DNA from: Octopus sinensis
Lineage: Eukaryota
DNA: 64,000 nt
Assembly: GCF_006345805.1 (NCBI RefSeq)
Contig: NW_021836178.1
Location: 124,001 to 188,000, forward strand
Direction of reading: 5' to 3'
Positions 62,700 to 64,000 of this stretch are shown in pieces. Under the pieces are notes generated by a model. That model made no database searches. It was not told where the DNA came from and saw only the letters and a program-made list of their open reading frames with translations. The position numbers were made by a program, and so were the translations under genes. Every line of letters starts with the position of its first letter. Position 1 is the stretch's first letter.

Positions 62700-64000
62700 G
62701 TCGTATTTGTCGAGTTTTTCCGGACAATTTACATCTCGTTCTGACAGAACAGATTTCTATCTTGAAATAAGCAAAATAGACCCTCACTACTTGGGCATAT
62801 ATTGCCTTCCTGCAACCACAAAGAAGATTCTTTAATATCGGGATGAATGTTTTTGTTGCATTTGTAAAGTGATGAATGTAAACTTTTCGTTTCGATTATA
62901 TCAAGAAGGCATTTGAGTTGAATTTCCTTTAAATTTTTTATGTTGTTATATTTGGTGTATTTATGCTTTAAGTAGTCTGCGATGGCGTCCAAATGGGTTT
63001 TCATTAAATTTTCAGTTTGCAGAATACCAGTCTTTCTCAGACAGCCTACCGATTTTTTTATGTCAGTATAGAATTCCAGTAACATTCTTTCGCTCTTCAT
63101 CGATATTGATTCCAATCCTCTTCCAAGGTATGTACGAGGGAGATATAGCCTCTGACAATTTGCAGGTCTCAAGTGTATGTGATATGAATTAAGTTGTAGA
63201 CGAATTTCTCTGTCAATTACTTCAAACTCATCAGGTTCTATGTCTATCAATCCAATGTAATAATTGTAAAGGGACAATGCGTGCTCATTCAAAGCTTTAA
63301 AGAGATTAATACTATTCAGTTTCGTGCCTGTTAGTCTCTTTATACGTGCTTTGATCTCTGCACTTATTTTTTCCATCATCTCATCGGCTCAATGGGTCCA
63401 TTACAAGCGTAAATAACTGTAGAGATAAAGCATCTCCCTGTAGGGTCCCGAACTTTATTCAAATTTTTTCGATTATTTTTTTGTTCAGGTTGAGTTTCAG
63501 CTTTCACTGGGTCAAAATCACTTTTACGAACCTGGTGATCCAAGAGCAGTCTAAAACGTGATAAAGAAAGTTATGATCCACACTATCAAAAGTTTTTTTC
63601 ACATCTATCAAGGATGTAAACAAATTGTTTCTGTAGGCCAGGTTTATACTCTTGCTAATCAAGGCCTGTTCTTTGGCTTCTTGACATTTTCTTTTACATC
63701 CAAGTTGATTATCCGAAACAAGCGAATAATATTCCAAATAATTTATTAATTTCATATTTACGCGTTTAGTGAGAACTTTATACAGGTTTGGCAGCATGTT
63801 ATGGGTCTGAGGTCTTTTGGCAGATTCGAGTTAGGCTTCTTTGGGATGATTCGGTATGTACTCTTCTTTACAAATTTTTAAGACTTCAGTATAAATATAC
63901 GGATGTAAAGATTCGAAATGTTTTAATGAAAAAATTATACACCCCGTCGCAGCCACAGGATCTCCAATTTGGAAGATATTTTATAACATCTTCGAAAAGT
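62700..64000 (-). mobile_element. R4/Dong-like non-LTR retrotransposon fragment, internally deleted
   Basis: NQLGCKR..EAKEQAL, IDVKKTFDSVDH, RLYLPR..LGRGL, WLQEGN, FQDRNL. Confidence 0.8.

Overview
AT-rich, transposon-dense eukaryotic nuclear DNA; no CRISPR or prokaryotic features. Host genes carry ultrashort (about 22-28 nt) spliceosomal introns. The window also holds a ciliary gene (CFAP96/C4orf47-like), ETS-like sequences and a divergent, animal-like 28S fragment, pointing to a highly reduced ciliated animal (a dicyemid mesozoan is my best guess; inference only). Recognisable host genes: Rpn5/PSMD12, RPL7A, MetRS, Yippee-like, CFAP96 (x2), a secreted thioredoxin-fold gene (x2), RING-H2, SANT and SH3 genes, plus GBA2, DHX34, cathepsin-like and ETS-like fragments. 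A ~9-kb block is duplicated (7281-16232 vs 24756-33868), each copy with its own private transposon insertion. Mobile DNA includes Tigger/pogo, Tc1, two hAT families, Merlin, Ginger-like integrases and RTE, I/jockey-like, CRE and R4-like non-LTR elements, often nested. Most striking: (1) a GC-rich APE-type RT whose stop codon is supplied by 28S rRNA sequence; (2) host-sized micro-introns inside transposases of four DNA-transposon families; (3) a LINE with inverted copies of its 3' tail at both ends, an 8-bp TSD and a 2A-like peptide; (4) ETS-like proteins lacking the recognition helix, with an in-frame ETS-Rpn5 chimera at a duplication breakpoint. Many 1-nt frameshifts fall in homopolymers and are probably assembly errors. 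All homology calls are by eye, without database searches.
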